Shown one piece after another: positions 11,201 through 25,100 of a stretch of 64,000 bases of DNA. The stretch lies in the NCBI RefSeq assembly GCF_009914755.1, contig NC_060925.1; one strand, written 5' to 3'. The stretch is from the human T2T-CHM13v2.0 reference genome, Homo sapiens. The notes beneath the pieces are model-generated. The model did not search any database and was not told where the DNA came from. It worked only from the letters and a program-made list of their open reading frames with translations. How positions within the stretch are numbered: position 1 is the first letter of the stretch; each line of letters begins with the position of its first letter. The position numbers and the translations under genes are program-made.

Positions 11201-13145
11201 CAAAGTAGTTTCTGAGAATCGTTCTGTCTAGTTTCTATAGGAAGATATTTCCTATTCTACCATTGACCTCAAAGCGGCTGAAATCTCCACTTGCAAATTC
11301 CACAAAAAGAATGTTTCAAGTCTGCTCTGTGTAAAGGATCGTTCAACTCTGTGAGTTGAATACACACAACACAAGGAAGTTACTGAGAATTATTCTGTCT
11401 AGCAGAATATGAAGAAATCCCGTTTCCAACGAAGGCCCCAAAGAGGTCTGAATATCCACTTGCAGACTTTACAAACAGAGTGTTTCCTAACTGCTCTGTG
11501 AAAAGAAAAGTTAAACTCTGTGAGTTGAACGCACACATCACAAAGGAGTTTATGAGAATCATTCTGTCTAGTCTTTATACGAAGATATTTCCTTTTCTAC
11601 CATTGACCTCAAAGCGGCTGAAATCTCCACTTTCAAATTCCACAAAAAGAGTGTTTCAAGTCTGCTCTGTGTAAAGGATCGTTCAACTCTGTGAGTAGAA
11701 TACACACAACACAAGGAAGTTACTGAGAATTCTTCTGTCTAGCAGAATATGAAGAAATCCCGTTTCCAACGAAGGCCTCAAGGAGGTCTGAATATCCACT
11801 TGCAGACTTTACAAACAGAGTGTTTCCTAACTGCTCTATGAACAGAAAGGTTAAACTCTGTGAGTTGAACGCACACATCACAAAGGAGTTTCTGAGAATC
11901 ATTCTGTCTAGTCTTTATACGAAGATATTTACTTTTCTACCATTGACTTCAAAGCGGCTGAAATCTCCACTTGCAAATTCCACAAAAAGAGTGTTTCAAG
12001 TCTGCTCTGTGTAAAGGATCATTCAACTCTGTGAGTTGAATAAACACAACACAAGGAAGTTACTGAGAATTCTTCTGTCTAGCAGAATATGAAGAAATCC
12101 CGTTTCCAACGAAGGCCTCAAGGAGGTCTGAATATCCACTTGCAGACTTTACAAACAGAGTGTTTCCTAACTGCTCTATGTAAAGAAAGGTTAAACTCTG
12201 TGAGTTGAACGCACACATCACAAAGGAGTTTCTGAGAATCATTCTGTCTAGTTTCTATAAGAAGATATTTCCTATTCTACCATTGACCTCAAAGCGGCTG
12301 AAATCTCCACTTGCAAATTCGACAAAAAGAGTGTTTCAAGCCTGCTCTCTGTAAAGGATCCTTCAACTCTGTGAGTTGAATACACACAACACAAGGAAGT
12401 TACTGAGAATTATTCTGTCTAGCATAATATGAAGAAATCCCGTTTCCAACGAAGGCCTCAAAGAGGTCTGAATATCCACTTGCACACTTTACAAACAGAG
12501 TGTTTCCTAACTGCTCTATGAGAAGAAAAGTTAAACTCTGTGAGTTGAACGCACACATCACAAAAGATTTTCTGAGAATCATTCTGTCTTGTCTTTATAT
12601 GAAGATAGTTTCCTTTTCTACCATTGACCTCAAAGCGGCTGAAATCTCCACTTGCAAATTCCACAAAAAGAGTGTTTCAAGTCTGCTCTGTGTAAAGGAT
12701 CGTTCAACTCTGTGAGTTGAATACACACAACACAAGGAAGTTACTGAGAATTCTTCTGTCTAGCAGAATATGAAGAAATCCCGTTTCCAACGAAGGCCAC
12801 AAGATATCAGAATATCCACTTACAGACTTTACAAACAGAGTGTTTCCTAACTGCTCTATGAACAGAAAGGTTAAACTCTGTGAGTTGAACGAACACATCA
12901 CAACGCAGTTTGTGGGAATGATTCTGTCTAGTTTTGAAACGAAGATATTTCCTTTTCTGCCGTTGACCTTAAAGCGCTTGAAATCTACACTTGCAAATTG
13001 CACAAATAGAGTGTTTCAAATCTGCTCTGTCTAAGGGAACGTTCAACTCTGTGAGTTGAATGCACACAACACAAGGAAGTTACTGGGAATTCTTCTGTCT
13101 AGCCTTACATGAAAAAACCCGTTTCCAACGAAGGCCTCTAAGTGG
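2270..13145 (-). repeat. Four consecutive 16-mer HOR copies (2719 bp each)
   Basis: M2 markers at 2270, 4989, 7708, 10427 and 13146, each 2719 bp apart. Confidence 0.9.
10427..13145 (-). repeat. Complete 16-mer containing all eight dimer classes in order M2-D1-D2-D3-D4-D5-D6-M1 (repeated at 16884-19602)
   Basis: Class markers: D1 AAAGGGGTC/TTTATAAA/TTTACTAA; D2 AATAGG/AATCGTT/CTATAGG/AAGAATG; D3 TTTATGAG/CTTTCAAA/GAGTAG; D4 GAACAG/TTTACT/GATCATT/AATAAAC; D5 CTATAAG/TTCGAC/AAGCCT/GGATCC; D6 GAGAAG/GATTTT/GATAGTTT; M1 GGCCACAAGAT/GTTTGTGGG; M2 CTTACATG/CTCTAAG/GGCCCC. Confidence 0.75.
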
Positions 13146-16100
13146 TCAAAATATACACGTGCAGACTTTATAAACAGAGTGTTTCCAAACCGCTGAATGA
13201 AAAGAAAAGTTAAACTCTGAGAGTTGAACGCACACATCACGCAGCAGTTTCTGAGAATGATTCTGTCTAGTTTTTATACGAAGATATTTCCTTTTCTGCC
13301 TTTGGCCCCAAAGCGCTTGAAATCTCCACTTGCAAATTCCACAAAAACAGTGTTTCAAATCTGCTCTCTCTAAATGAAAGTTCAACTCTGTCAGTTGAAT
13401 ACACACAACACAAGGAAGTTACTGAGAATTCTTCTGTCTAGCATAATATGAAGAAATCCCGTTTCCAACGAAGGCCTCAAAGGGGTCTGAATATCCACTT
13501 GCAGACTTTATAAACAGAGTGTTTACTAACTGCTCTATGAAAAGAAAGGTTAAACTCTGTGAGTTGAACACACACATCACAAAGGAGTTTCTGAGAATCA
13601 TTCTGTCTAGTTTTTCTACGAAGATATTTCCTTTTCTACTATTGACCTGAAAGCGGCTGAAATCTCCACTTGCAAATTCCACAAAAAGAGTGTTTCAAGT
13701 CTGCTCTGTGTAAAGGATCGTTCAACTCTGTGAGTTGAATACACACAACACAAGGAAGTTACTGAGAATTCTTCTGTCTAGCAGAATAGGAAGAAATCCC
13801 GTTTCCAACGAAGGCCTCAAAGAGGTCAGAATATCCACTTGCAGACTTTACAAACAGAGTGTTTCCTAACTGCTCTATGAAAAGAAAAGTTAAACTCTGT
13901 GAGTTGAACGCACACATCACAAAGGAGTTTCTGAGAATCGTTCTGTCTAGTTTCTATAGGAAGATATTTCCTATTCTACCATTGACCTCAAAGCGGCTGA
14001 AATCTCCACTTTCAAATTCCACAAAAAGAGTGTTTCAAGTCTGCTCTGTGTAAAGGATCGTTCAACTCTGTGAGTAGAATACACACAACACAAGGAAGTC
14101 ACTGAGAATTCTTCTGTCTAGCAGAATATGAAGAAATCCCCTTTCCAACGAAGGCCTCAAGGAGGTCTGAATATCCACTTGCAGACTTTACAAACAGAGT
14201 GTTTCCTAACTGCTCTATGAAAAGAAAGGTTAAACTCTGTGAGTTGAACGCACACATCACAAAGGAGTTTATGAGAATCATTCTGTCTAGTTTCTATAAG
14301 AAGATATTTCCTATTCTACCATTGACCTCAAAGCGGCTGAAATCTCCACTTGCAAATTCGACAAAAAGAGTGTTTCAAGCCTGCTCTCTGTAAAGGATCC
14401 TTCAACTCTGTGAGTTGAATACACACAACACAAGGAAGTTACTGAGAATTATTCTGTCTAGCATAATATGAAGAAATCCCGTTTCCAACGAAGGCCTCAA
14501 AGAGGTCTGAATATCCACTTGCAGACTTTACAAACAGAGTGTTTCCTAACTGCTCTATGAGAAGAAAAGTTAAACTCTGTGAGTTGAACGCACACATCAC
14601 AAAAGATTTTCTGAGAATCATTCTGTCTAGTCTTTATATGAAGATAGTTTCCTTTTCTACCATTGACCTCAAAGCGGCTGAAATCTCCACTTGCAAATTC
14701 CACAAAAAGAGTGTTTCAAGTCTGCTCTGTGTAAAGGATCGTTCAACTCTGTGAGTTGAATACACACAACACAAGGAAGTTACTGAGAATTCTTCTGTCT
14801 AGCAGAATATGAAGAAATCCCGTTTCCAACGAAGGCCACAAGATGTCAGAATATCCACTTGCAGACTTTACAAACAGAGTGTTTCCTAACTGCTCTATGA
14901 ACAGAAAGGTTAAACTCTGTGAGTTGAACGAACACATCACAACGCAGTTTGTGGGAATGATTCTGTCTAGTTTTGAAACGAAGATATTCCCTTTTCTGCC
15001 GTTGACCTTAAAGCGCTTGAAATCTACACTTGCAAATTGCACAAATAGAGTGTTTCAAATCTGCTCTGTCTAAGGGTACGTTCAACTCTGTGAGTTGAAT
15101 GCACACAACACAAGGAAGTTACTGGGAATTCTTCTGTCTAGCCTTACATGAAAAAACCCGTTTCCAACGAAGGCCTCTAAGTGGTCAAAATATACACGTG
15201 CAGACTTTACAAACAGAGTGTTTCCAAACCGCTGAATGAAAAGAAAAGTTAAGCTCTGAGAGTTGAACGCACACATCACGCAGCAGTTTCTGAGAATGAT
15301 TCTGTCTAGTTTTTATACGAAGATATTTCCTTTTCTGCCTTTGGCCCCAAAGCGCTTGAAATCTCCACTTGCAAATTCCACAAAAACAGTGTCTCAAATC
15401 TGCTCTCTCTAAATGAAAGTTCAACCCTGTCAGTTGAATACACACAACACAAGGAAGTTACTGAGAATTCTTCTGTCTAGCATAATATGAAGAAATCCCG
15501 TTTCCAACGAAGGCCTCAAAGGGGTCTGAATATCCACTTGCAGACTTTATAAACAGAGTGTTTACTAACTGCTCTATGAAAAGAAAGGTTAAACTCTGTG
15601 AGTTGAACACACACATCACAAAGGAGTTTCTGAGAATCATTCTGTCTAGCTTTTCTACGAAGATATTTCCTTTTCTACTATTGACCTGAAAGCGGCTGAA
15701 ATCTCCACTTGCAAATTCCACAAAAAGAGTGTTTCAAGTCTGCTCTGTGTAAAGGATCGTTCAACTCTGTGAGTTGAATACACACAACACAAGGAAGTTA
15801 CTGAGAATTCTTCTGTCTAGCAGAATAGGAAGAAATCCCGTTTCCAACGAAGGCCTCAAAGAGGTCTGAATATCCACTTGCAGACTTTACAAACAGAGTG
15901 TTTCCTAACTGCTCTATGAAAAGAAAAGTTAAACTCTGTGAGTTGAACGCACACATCACAAAGGAGTTTCTGAGAATCGTTCTGTCTAGTTTCTATAGGA
16001 AGATATTTCCTATTCTACCATTGACCTCAAAGCGTCTGAAATCTCCACTTTCAAATTCCACAAAAAGAGTGTTTCAAGTCTGCTCTGTGTAAAGGATCGT

Positions 16101-19100
16101 TCAACTCTGTGAGTAGAATACACACAACACAAGGAAGTCACTGAGAATTATTCTGTCTAGCATAATATGAAGAAATCCCGTTTCCAACGAAGGCCTCAAA
16201 GAGGTCTGAATATCCACTTGCAGACTTTACAAACAGAGTGTTTCCTAACTGCTCTATGAGAAGAAAAGTTAAACTCTGTGAGTTGAACGCACACATCACA
16301 AAAGATTTTCTGAGAATCATTCTGTCTAGTCTTTATATGAAGATAGTTTCCTTTTCTACCATTGACCTCAAAGCGGCTGAAATCTCCACTTGCAAATTCC
16401 ACAAAAAGAGTGTTTCAAGTCTGCTCTGTGTAAAGGATCGTTCAACTCTGTGAGTTGAATACACACAACACAAGGAAGTTACTGAGAATTCTTCTGTCTA
16501 GCAGAATATGAAGAAATCCCGTTTCCAACGAAGGCCACAAGATGTCAGAATATCCACTTGCAGACTTTACAAACAGAGTGTTTCCTAACTGCTCTATGAA
16601 CAGAAAGGTTAAACTCTGTGAGTTGAACGAACACATCACAACGCAGTTTGTGGGAATGATTCTGTCTAGTTTTGAAACGAAGATATTTCCTTTTCTGCCG
16701 TTGACCTTAAAGCGCTTGAAATCTACACTTGCAAATTGCACAAATAGAGTGTTTCAAATCTGCTCTGTCTAAGGGAACGTTCAACTCTGTGAGTTGAATG
16801 CACACAACACAAGGAAGTTACTGGGAATTCTTCTGTCTAGCCTTACATGAAAAAACCCGTTTCCAACGAAGGCCTCTAAGTGGTCAAAATATACACGTGC
16901 AGACTTTACAAACAGAGTGTTTCCAAACCGCTGAATGAAAAGAAAAGTTAAGCTCTGAGAGTTGAACGCACACATCACGCAGCAGTTTCTGAGAATGATT
17001 CTGTCTAGTTTTTATACGAAGATATTTCCTTTTCTGCCTTTGGCCCCAAAGCGCTTGAAATCTCCACTTGCAAATTCCACAAAAACAGTGTTTCAAATCT
17101 GCTCTCTCTAAATGAAAGTTCAACTCTGTCAGTTGAATACACACAACACAAGGAAGTTACTGAGAATTCTTCTGTCTAGCATAATATGAAGAAATCCCGT
17201 TTCCAACGAAGGCCTCAAAGGGGTCTGAATATCCACTTGCAGACTTTATAAACAGAGTGTTTACTAACTGCTCTATGAAAAGAAAGGTTAAACTCTGTGA
17301 GTTGAACACACACATCACAAAGGAGATTCTGAGAATCATTCTGTCTAGTTTTTCTACGAAGATATTTCCTTTTCTACTATTGACCTGAAAGCGGCTGAAA
17401 TCTCCACTTGCAAATTCCACAAAAAGAGTGTTTCAAGTCTGCTCTGTGTAAAGGATCGTTCAACTCTGTGAGTTGAATACACACAACACAAGGAAGTTAC
17501 TGAGAATTCTTCTGTCTAGCAGAATAGGAAGAAATCCCGTTTCCAACGAAGGCCTCAAAGAGGTCTGAATATCCACTTGCAGACTTTACAAACAGAGTGT
17601 TTCCTAACTGCTCTATGAAAAGAAAGGTTAAACTCTGTGAGTTGAACACACACATCACAAAGTAGTTTCTGAGAATCGTTCTGTCTAGTTTCTATAGGAA
17701 GATATTTCCTATTCTACCATTGACCTCAAAGCGGCTGAAATCTCCACTTGCAAATTCCACAAAAAGAATGTTTCAAGTCTGCTCTGTGTAAAGGATCGTT
17801 CAACTCTGTGAGTTGAATACACACAACACAAGGAAGTTACTGAGAATTATTCTGTCTAGCAGAATATGAAGAAATCCCGTTTCCAACGAAGGCCCCAAAG
17901 AGGTCTGAATATCCACTTGCAGACTTTACAAACAGAGTGTTTCCTAACTGCTCTGTGAAAAGAAAAGTTAAACTCTGTGAGTTGAACGCACACATCACAA
18001 AGGAGTTTATGAGAATCATTCTGTCTAGTCTTTATACGAAGATATTTCCTTTTCTACCATTGACCTCAAAGCGGCTGAAATCTCCACTTTCAAATTCCAC
18101 AAAAAGAGTGTTTCAAGTCTGCTCTGTGTAAAGGATCGTTCAACTCTGTGAGTAGAATACACACAACACAAGGAAGTTACTGAGAATTCTTCTGTCTAGC
18201 AGAATATGAAGAAATCCCGTTTCCAACGAAGGCCTCAAGGAGGTCTGAATATCCACTTGCAGACTTTACAAACAGAGTGTTTCCTAACTGCTCTATGAAC
18301 AGAAAGGTTAAACTCTGTGAGTTGAACGCACACATCACAAAGGAGTTTCTGAGAATCATTCTGTCTAGTCTTTATACGAAGATATTTACTTTTCTACCAT
18401 TGACTTCAAAGCGGCTGAAATCTCCACTTGCAAATTCCACAAAAAGAGTGTTTCAAGTCTGCTCTGTGTAAAGGATCATTCAACTCTGTGAGTTGAATAA
18501 ACACAACACAAGGAAGTTACTGAGAATTCTTCTGTCTAGCAGAATATGAAGAAATCCCGTTTCCAACGAAGGCCTCAAGGAGGTCTGAATATCCACTTGC
18601 AGACTTTACAAACAGAGTGTTTCCTAACTGCTCTATGTAAAGAAAGGTTAAACTCTGTGAGTTGAACGCACACATCACAAAGGAGTTTCTGAGAATCATT
18701 CTGTCTAGTTTCTATAAGAAGATATTTCCTATTCTACCATTGACCTCAAAGCGGCTGAAATCTCCACTTGCAAATTCGACAAAAAGAGTGTTTCAAGCCT
18801 GCTCTCTGTAAAGGATCCTTCAACTCTGTGAGTTGAATACACACAACACAAGGAAGTTACTGAGAATTATTCTGTCTAGCATAATATGAAGAAATCCCGT
18901 TTCCAACGAAGGCCTCAAAGAGGTCTGAATATCCACTTGCACACTTTACAAACAGAGTGTTTCCTAACTGCTCTATGAGAAGAAAAGTTAAACTCTGTGA
19001 GTTGAACGCACACATCACAAAAGATTTTCTGAGAATCATTCTGTCTTGTCTTTATATGAAGATAGTTTCCTTTTCTACCATTGACCTCAAAGCGGCTGAA

Positions 19101-22100
19101 ATCTCCACTTGCAAATTCCACAAAAAGAGTGTTTCAAGTCTGCTCTGTGTAAAGGATCGTTCAACTCTGTGAGTTGAATACACACAACACAAGGAAGTTA
19201 CTGAGAATTCTTCTGTCTAGCAGAATATGAAGAAATCCCGTTTCCAACGAAGGCCACAAGATATCAGAATATCCACTTACAGACTTTACAAACAGAGTGT
19301 TTCCTAACTGCTCTATGAACAGAAAGGTTAAACTCTGTGAGTTGAACGAACACATCACAACGCAGTTTGTGGGAATGATTCTGTCTAGTTTTGAAACGAA
19401 GATATTTCCTTTTCTGCCGTTGACCTTAAAGCGCTTGAAATCTACACTTGCAAATTGCACAAATAGAGTGTTTCAAATCTGCTCTGTCTAAGGGAACGTT
19501 CAACTCTGTGAGTTGAATGCACACAACACAAGGAAGTTACTGGGAATTCTTCTGTCTAGCCTTACATGAAAAAACCCGTTTCCAACGAAGGCCTCTAAGT
19601 GGTCAAAATATACACGTGCAGACTTTATAAACAGAGTGTTTCCAAACCGCTGAATGAAAAGAAAAGTTAAACTCTGAGAGTTGAACGCACACATCACGCA
19701 GCAGTTTCTGAGAATGATTCTGTCTAGTTTTTATACGAAGATATTTCCTTTTCTGCCTTTGGCCCCAAAGCGCTTGAAATCTCCACTTGCAAATTCCACA
19801 AAAACAGTGTTTCAAATCTGCTCTCTCTAAATGAAAGTTCAACTCTGTCAGTTGAATACACACAACACAAGGAAGTTACTGAGAATTCTTCTGTCTAGCA
19901 TAATATGAAGAAATCCCGTTTCCAACGAAGGCCTCAAAGGGGTCTGAATATCCACTTGCAGACTTTATAAACAGAGTGTTTACTAACTGCTCTATGAAAA
20001 GAAAGGTTAAACTCTGTGAGTTGAACACACACATCACAAAGGAGTTTCTGAGAATCATTCTGTCTAGTTTTTCTACGAAGATATTTCCTTTTCTACTATT
20101 GACCTGAAAGCGGCTGAAATCTCCACTTGCAAATTCCACAAAAAGAGTGTTTCAAGTCTGCTCTGTGTAAAGGATCGTTCAACTCTGTGAGTTGAATACA
20201 CACAACACAAGGAAGTTACTGAGAATTCTTCTGTCTAGCAGAATAGGAAGAAATCCCGTTTCCAACGAAGGCCTCAAAGAGGTCTGAATATCCACTTGCA
20301 GACTTTACAAACAGAGTGTTTCCTAACTGCTCTATGAAAAGAAAAGTTAAACTCTGTGAGTTGAACGCACACATCACAAAGGAGTTTCTGAGAATCGTTC
20401 TGTCTAGTTTCTATAGGAAGATATTTCCTATTCTACCATTGACCTCAAAGCGGCTGAAATCTCCACTTTCAAATTCCACAAAAAGAGTGTTTCAAGTCTG
20501 CTCTGTGTAAAGGATCGTTCAACTCTGTGAGTAGAATACACACAACACAAGGAAGTCACTGAGAATTCTTCTGTCTAGCAGAATATGAAGAAATCCCCTT
20601 TCCAACGAAGGCCTCAAGGAGGTCTGAATATCCACTTGCAGACTTTACAAACAGAGTGTTTCCTAACTGCTCTATGAAAAGAAAGGTTAAACTCTGTGAG
20701 TTGAACGCACACATCACAAAGGAGTTTATGAGAATCATTCTGTCTAGTTTCTATAAGAAGATATTTCCTATTCTACCATTGACCTCAAAGCGGCTGAAAT
20801 CTCCACTTGCAAATTCGACAAAAAGAGTGTTTCAAGCCTGCTCTCTGTAAAGGATCCTTCAACTCTGTGAGTTGAATACACACAACACAAGGAAGTTACT
20901 GAGAATTATTCTGTCTAGCATAATATGAAGAAATCCCGTTTCCAACGAAGGCCTCAAAGAGGTCTGAATATCCACTTGCAGACTTTACAAACAGAGTGTT
21001 TCCTAACTGCTCTATGAGAAGAAAAGTTAAACTCTGTGAGTTGAACGCACACATCACAAAAGATTTTCTGAGAATCATTCTGTCTAGTCTTTATATGAAG
21101 ATAGTTTCCTTTTCTACCATTGACCTCAAAGCGGCTGAAATCTCCACTTGCAAATTCCACAAAAAGAGTGTTTCAAGTCTGCTCTGTGTAAAGGATCGTT
21201 CAACTCTGTGAGTTGAATACACACAACACAAGGAAGTTACTGAGAATTCTTCTGTCTAGCAGAATATGAAGAAATCCCGTTTCCAACGAAGGCCACAAGA
21301 TGTCAGAATATCCACTTGCAGACTTTACAAACAGAGTGTTTCCTAACTGCTCTATGAACAGAAAGGTTAAACTCTGTGAGTTGAACGAACACATCACAAC
21401 GCAGTTTGTGGGAATGATTCTGTCTAGTTTTGAAACGAAGATATTTCCTTTTCTGCCGTTGACCTTAAAGCGCTTGAAATCTACACTTGCAAATTGCACA
21501 AATAGAGTGTTTCAAATCTGCTCTGTCTAAGGGTACGTTCAACTCTGTGAGTTGAATGCACACAACACAAGGAAGTTACTGGGAATTCTTCTGTCTAGCC
21601 TTACATGAAAAAACCCGTTTCCAACGAAGGCCTCTAAGTGGTCAAAATATACACGTGCAGACTTTACAAACAGAGTGTTTCCAAACCGCTGAATGAAAAG
21701 AAAAGTTAAGCTCTGAGAGTTGAACGCACACATCACGCAGCAGTTTCTGAGAATGATTCTGTCTAGTTTTTATACGAAGATATTTCCTTTTCTGCCTTTG
21801 GCCCCAAAGCGCTTGAAATCTCCACTTGCAAATTCCACAAAAACAGTGTTTCAAATCTGCTCTCTCTAAATGAAAGTTCAACTCTGTCAGTTGAATACAC
21901 ACAACACAAGGAAGTTACTGAGAATTCTTCTGTCTAGCATAATATGAAGAAATCCCGTTTCCAACGAAGGCCTCAAAGGGGTCTGAATATCCACTTGCAG
22001 ACTTTATAAACAGAGTGTTTACTAACTGCTCTATGAAAAGAAAGGTTAAACTCTGTGAGTTGAACACACACATCACAAAGGAGTTTCTGAGAATCATTCT

Positions 22101-25100
22101 GTCTAGTTTTTCTACGAAGATATTTCCTTTTCTACTATTGACCTGAAAGCGGCTGAAATCTCCACTTGCAAATTCCACAAAAAGAGTGTTTCAAGTCTGC
22201 TCTGTGTAAAGGATCGTTCAACTCTGTGAGTAGAATACACACAACACAAGGAAGTCACTGAGAATTCTTCTGTCTAGCAGAATATGAAGAAATCCCGTTT
22301 CCAACGAAGGCCTCAAGGAGGTCTGAATATCCACTTGCAGACTTTACAAACAGAGTGTTTCCTAACTGCTCTATGAAAAGAAAGGTTAAACTCTGTGAGT
22401 TGAACGCACACATCACAAAGGAGTTTATGAGAATCATTCTGTCTAGTTTCTATAAGAAGATATTTCCTATTCTACCATTGACCTCAAAGCGGCTGAAATC
22501 TCCACTTGCAAATTCGACAAAAAGAGTGTTTCAAGCCTGCTCTCTGTAAAGGATCCTTCAACTCTGTGAGTTGAATACACACAACACAAGGAAGTTACTG
22601 AGAATTATTCTGTCTAGCATAATATGAAGAAATCCCGTTTCCAACGAAGGCCTCAAAGAGGTCTGAATATCCACTTGCAGACTTTACAAACAGAGTGTTT
22701 CCTAACTGCTCTATGAGAAGAAAAGTTAAACTCTGTGAGTTGAACGCACACATCACAAAAGATTTTCTGAGAATCATTCTGTCTAGTCTTTATATGAAGA
22801 TAGTTTCCTTTTCTACCATTGACCTCAAAGCGGCTGAAATCTCCACTTGCAAATTCCACAAAAAGAGTGTTTCAAGTCTGCTCTGTGTAAAGGATCGTTC
22901 AACTCTGTGAGTTGAATACACACAACACAGGGAAGTTACTGAGAATTCTTCTGTCTAGCAGAATATGAAGAAATCCCGTTTCCAACGAAGGCCACAAGAT
23001 GTCAGAATATCCACTTGCAGACTTTACAAACAGAGTGTTTCCTAACTGCTCTATGAACAGAAAGGTTAAACTCTGTGAGTTGAACGAACACATCACAACG
23101 CAGTTTGTGGGAATGATTCTGTCTAGTTTTGAAACGAAGATATTTCCTTTTCTGCCGTTGACCTTAAAGCGCTTGAAATCTACACTTGCAAATTGCACAA
23201 ATAGAGTGTTTCAAATCTGCTCTGTCTAAGGGTACGTTCAACTCTGTGAGTTGAATGCACACAACACAAGGAAGTTACTGGGAATTCTTCTGTCTAGCCT
23301 TACATGAAAAAACCCGTTTCCAACGAAGGCCTCTAAGTGGTCAAAATATACACGTGCAGACTTTACAAACAGAGTGTTTCCAAACCGCTGAATGAAAAGA
23401 AAAGTTAAGCTCTGAGAGTTGAACGCACACATCACGCAGCAGTTTCTGAGAATGATTCTGTCTAGTTTTTATACGAAGATATTTCCTTTTCTGCCTTTGG
23501 CCCCAAAGCGCTTGAAATCTCCACTTGCAAATTCCACAAAAACAGTGTTTCAAATCTGCTCTCTCTAAATGAAAGTTCAACTCTGTCAGTTGAATACACA
23601 CAACACAAGGAAGTTACTGAGAATTCTTCTGTCTAGCATAATATGAAGAAATCCCGTTTCCAACGAAGGCCTCAAAGGGGTCTGAATATCCACTTGCAGA
23701 CTTTATAAACAGAGTGTTTACTAACTGCTCTATGAAAAGAAAGGTTAAACTCTGTGAGTTGAACACACACATCACAAAGGAGTTTCTGAGAATCATTCTG
23801 TCTAGTTTTTCTACGAAGATATTTCCTTTTCTACTATTGACCTGAAAGCGGCTGAAATCTCCACTTGCAAATTCCACAAAAAGAGTGTTTCAAGTCTGCT
23901 CTGTGTAAAGGATCGTTCAACTCTGTGAGTAGAATACACACAACACAAGGAAGTCACTGAGAATTCTTCTGTCTAGCAGAATATGAAGAAATCCCGTTTC
24001 CAACGAAGGCCTCAAGGAGGTCTGAATATCCACTTGCAGACTTTACAAACAGAGTGTTTCCTAACTGCTCTATGAAAAGAAAGGTTAAACTCTGTGAGTT
24101 GAACGCACACATCACAAAGGAGTTTATGAGAATCATTCTGTCTAGTTTCTATAAGAAGATATTTCCTATTCTACCATTGACCTCAAAGCGGCTGAAATCT
24201 CCACTTGCAAATTCGACAAAAAGAGTGTTTCAAGCCTGCTCTCTGTAAAGGATCCTTCAACTCTGTGAGTTGAATACACACAACACAAGGAAGTTACTGA
24301 GAATTATTCTGTCTAGCATAATATGAAGAAATCCCGTTTCCAACGAAGGCCTCAAAGAGGTCTGAATATCCACTTGCAGACTTTACAAACAGAGTGTTTC
24401 CTAACTGCTCTATGAGAAGAAAAGTTAAACTCTGTGAGTTGAACGCACACATCACAAAAGATTTTCTGAGAATCATTCTGTCTTGTCTTTATACGAAGAT
24501 ATTTCCTTTTCTACCATTGACCTCAAAGCGGCTGAAATCTCCACTTGCAAATTCCACAAAAAGAGTGTTTCAAGTCTGCTCTGTGTAAAGGATCGTTCAA
24601 CTCTGTGAGTAGAATACACACAACACAAGGAAGTCACTGAGAATTCTTCTGTCTAGCAGAATATGAAGAAATCCCGTTTCTAACGAAGGCCTCAAGGAGG
24701 TCTGAATATCCACTTGCAGACTTTACAAACAGAGTGTTTCCTAACTGCTCTATGAACAGAAAGGTTAAACTCTGTGAGTTGAACGCACACATCACAAAGG
24801 AGTTTCTGAGAATCAATCTGTCTAGTCTTTATACGAAGATATTTACTTTTCTACCATTGACTTCAAAGCGGCTGAAATCTCCACTTGCAAATTCCAAAAA
24901 AAGAGTGTTTCAAGTCTGCTCTGTGTAAAGGATCATTCAACTCTGTGAGTTGAATAAACACAACACAAGGAAGTTACTGAGAATTCTTCTGTCTAGCAGA
25001 ATATGAAGAAATCCCGTTTCCAACGAAGGCCTCAAGGAGGTCTGAATATCCACTTGCAGACTTTACAAACAGAGTGTTTCCTAACTGCTCTATGAAAAGA

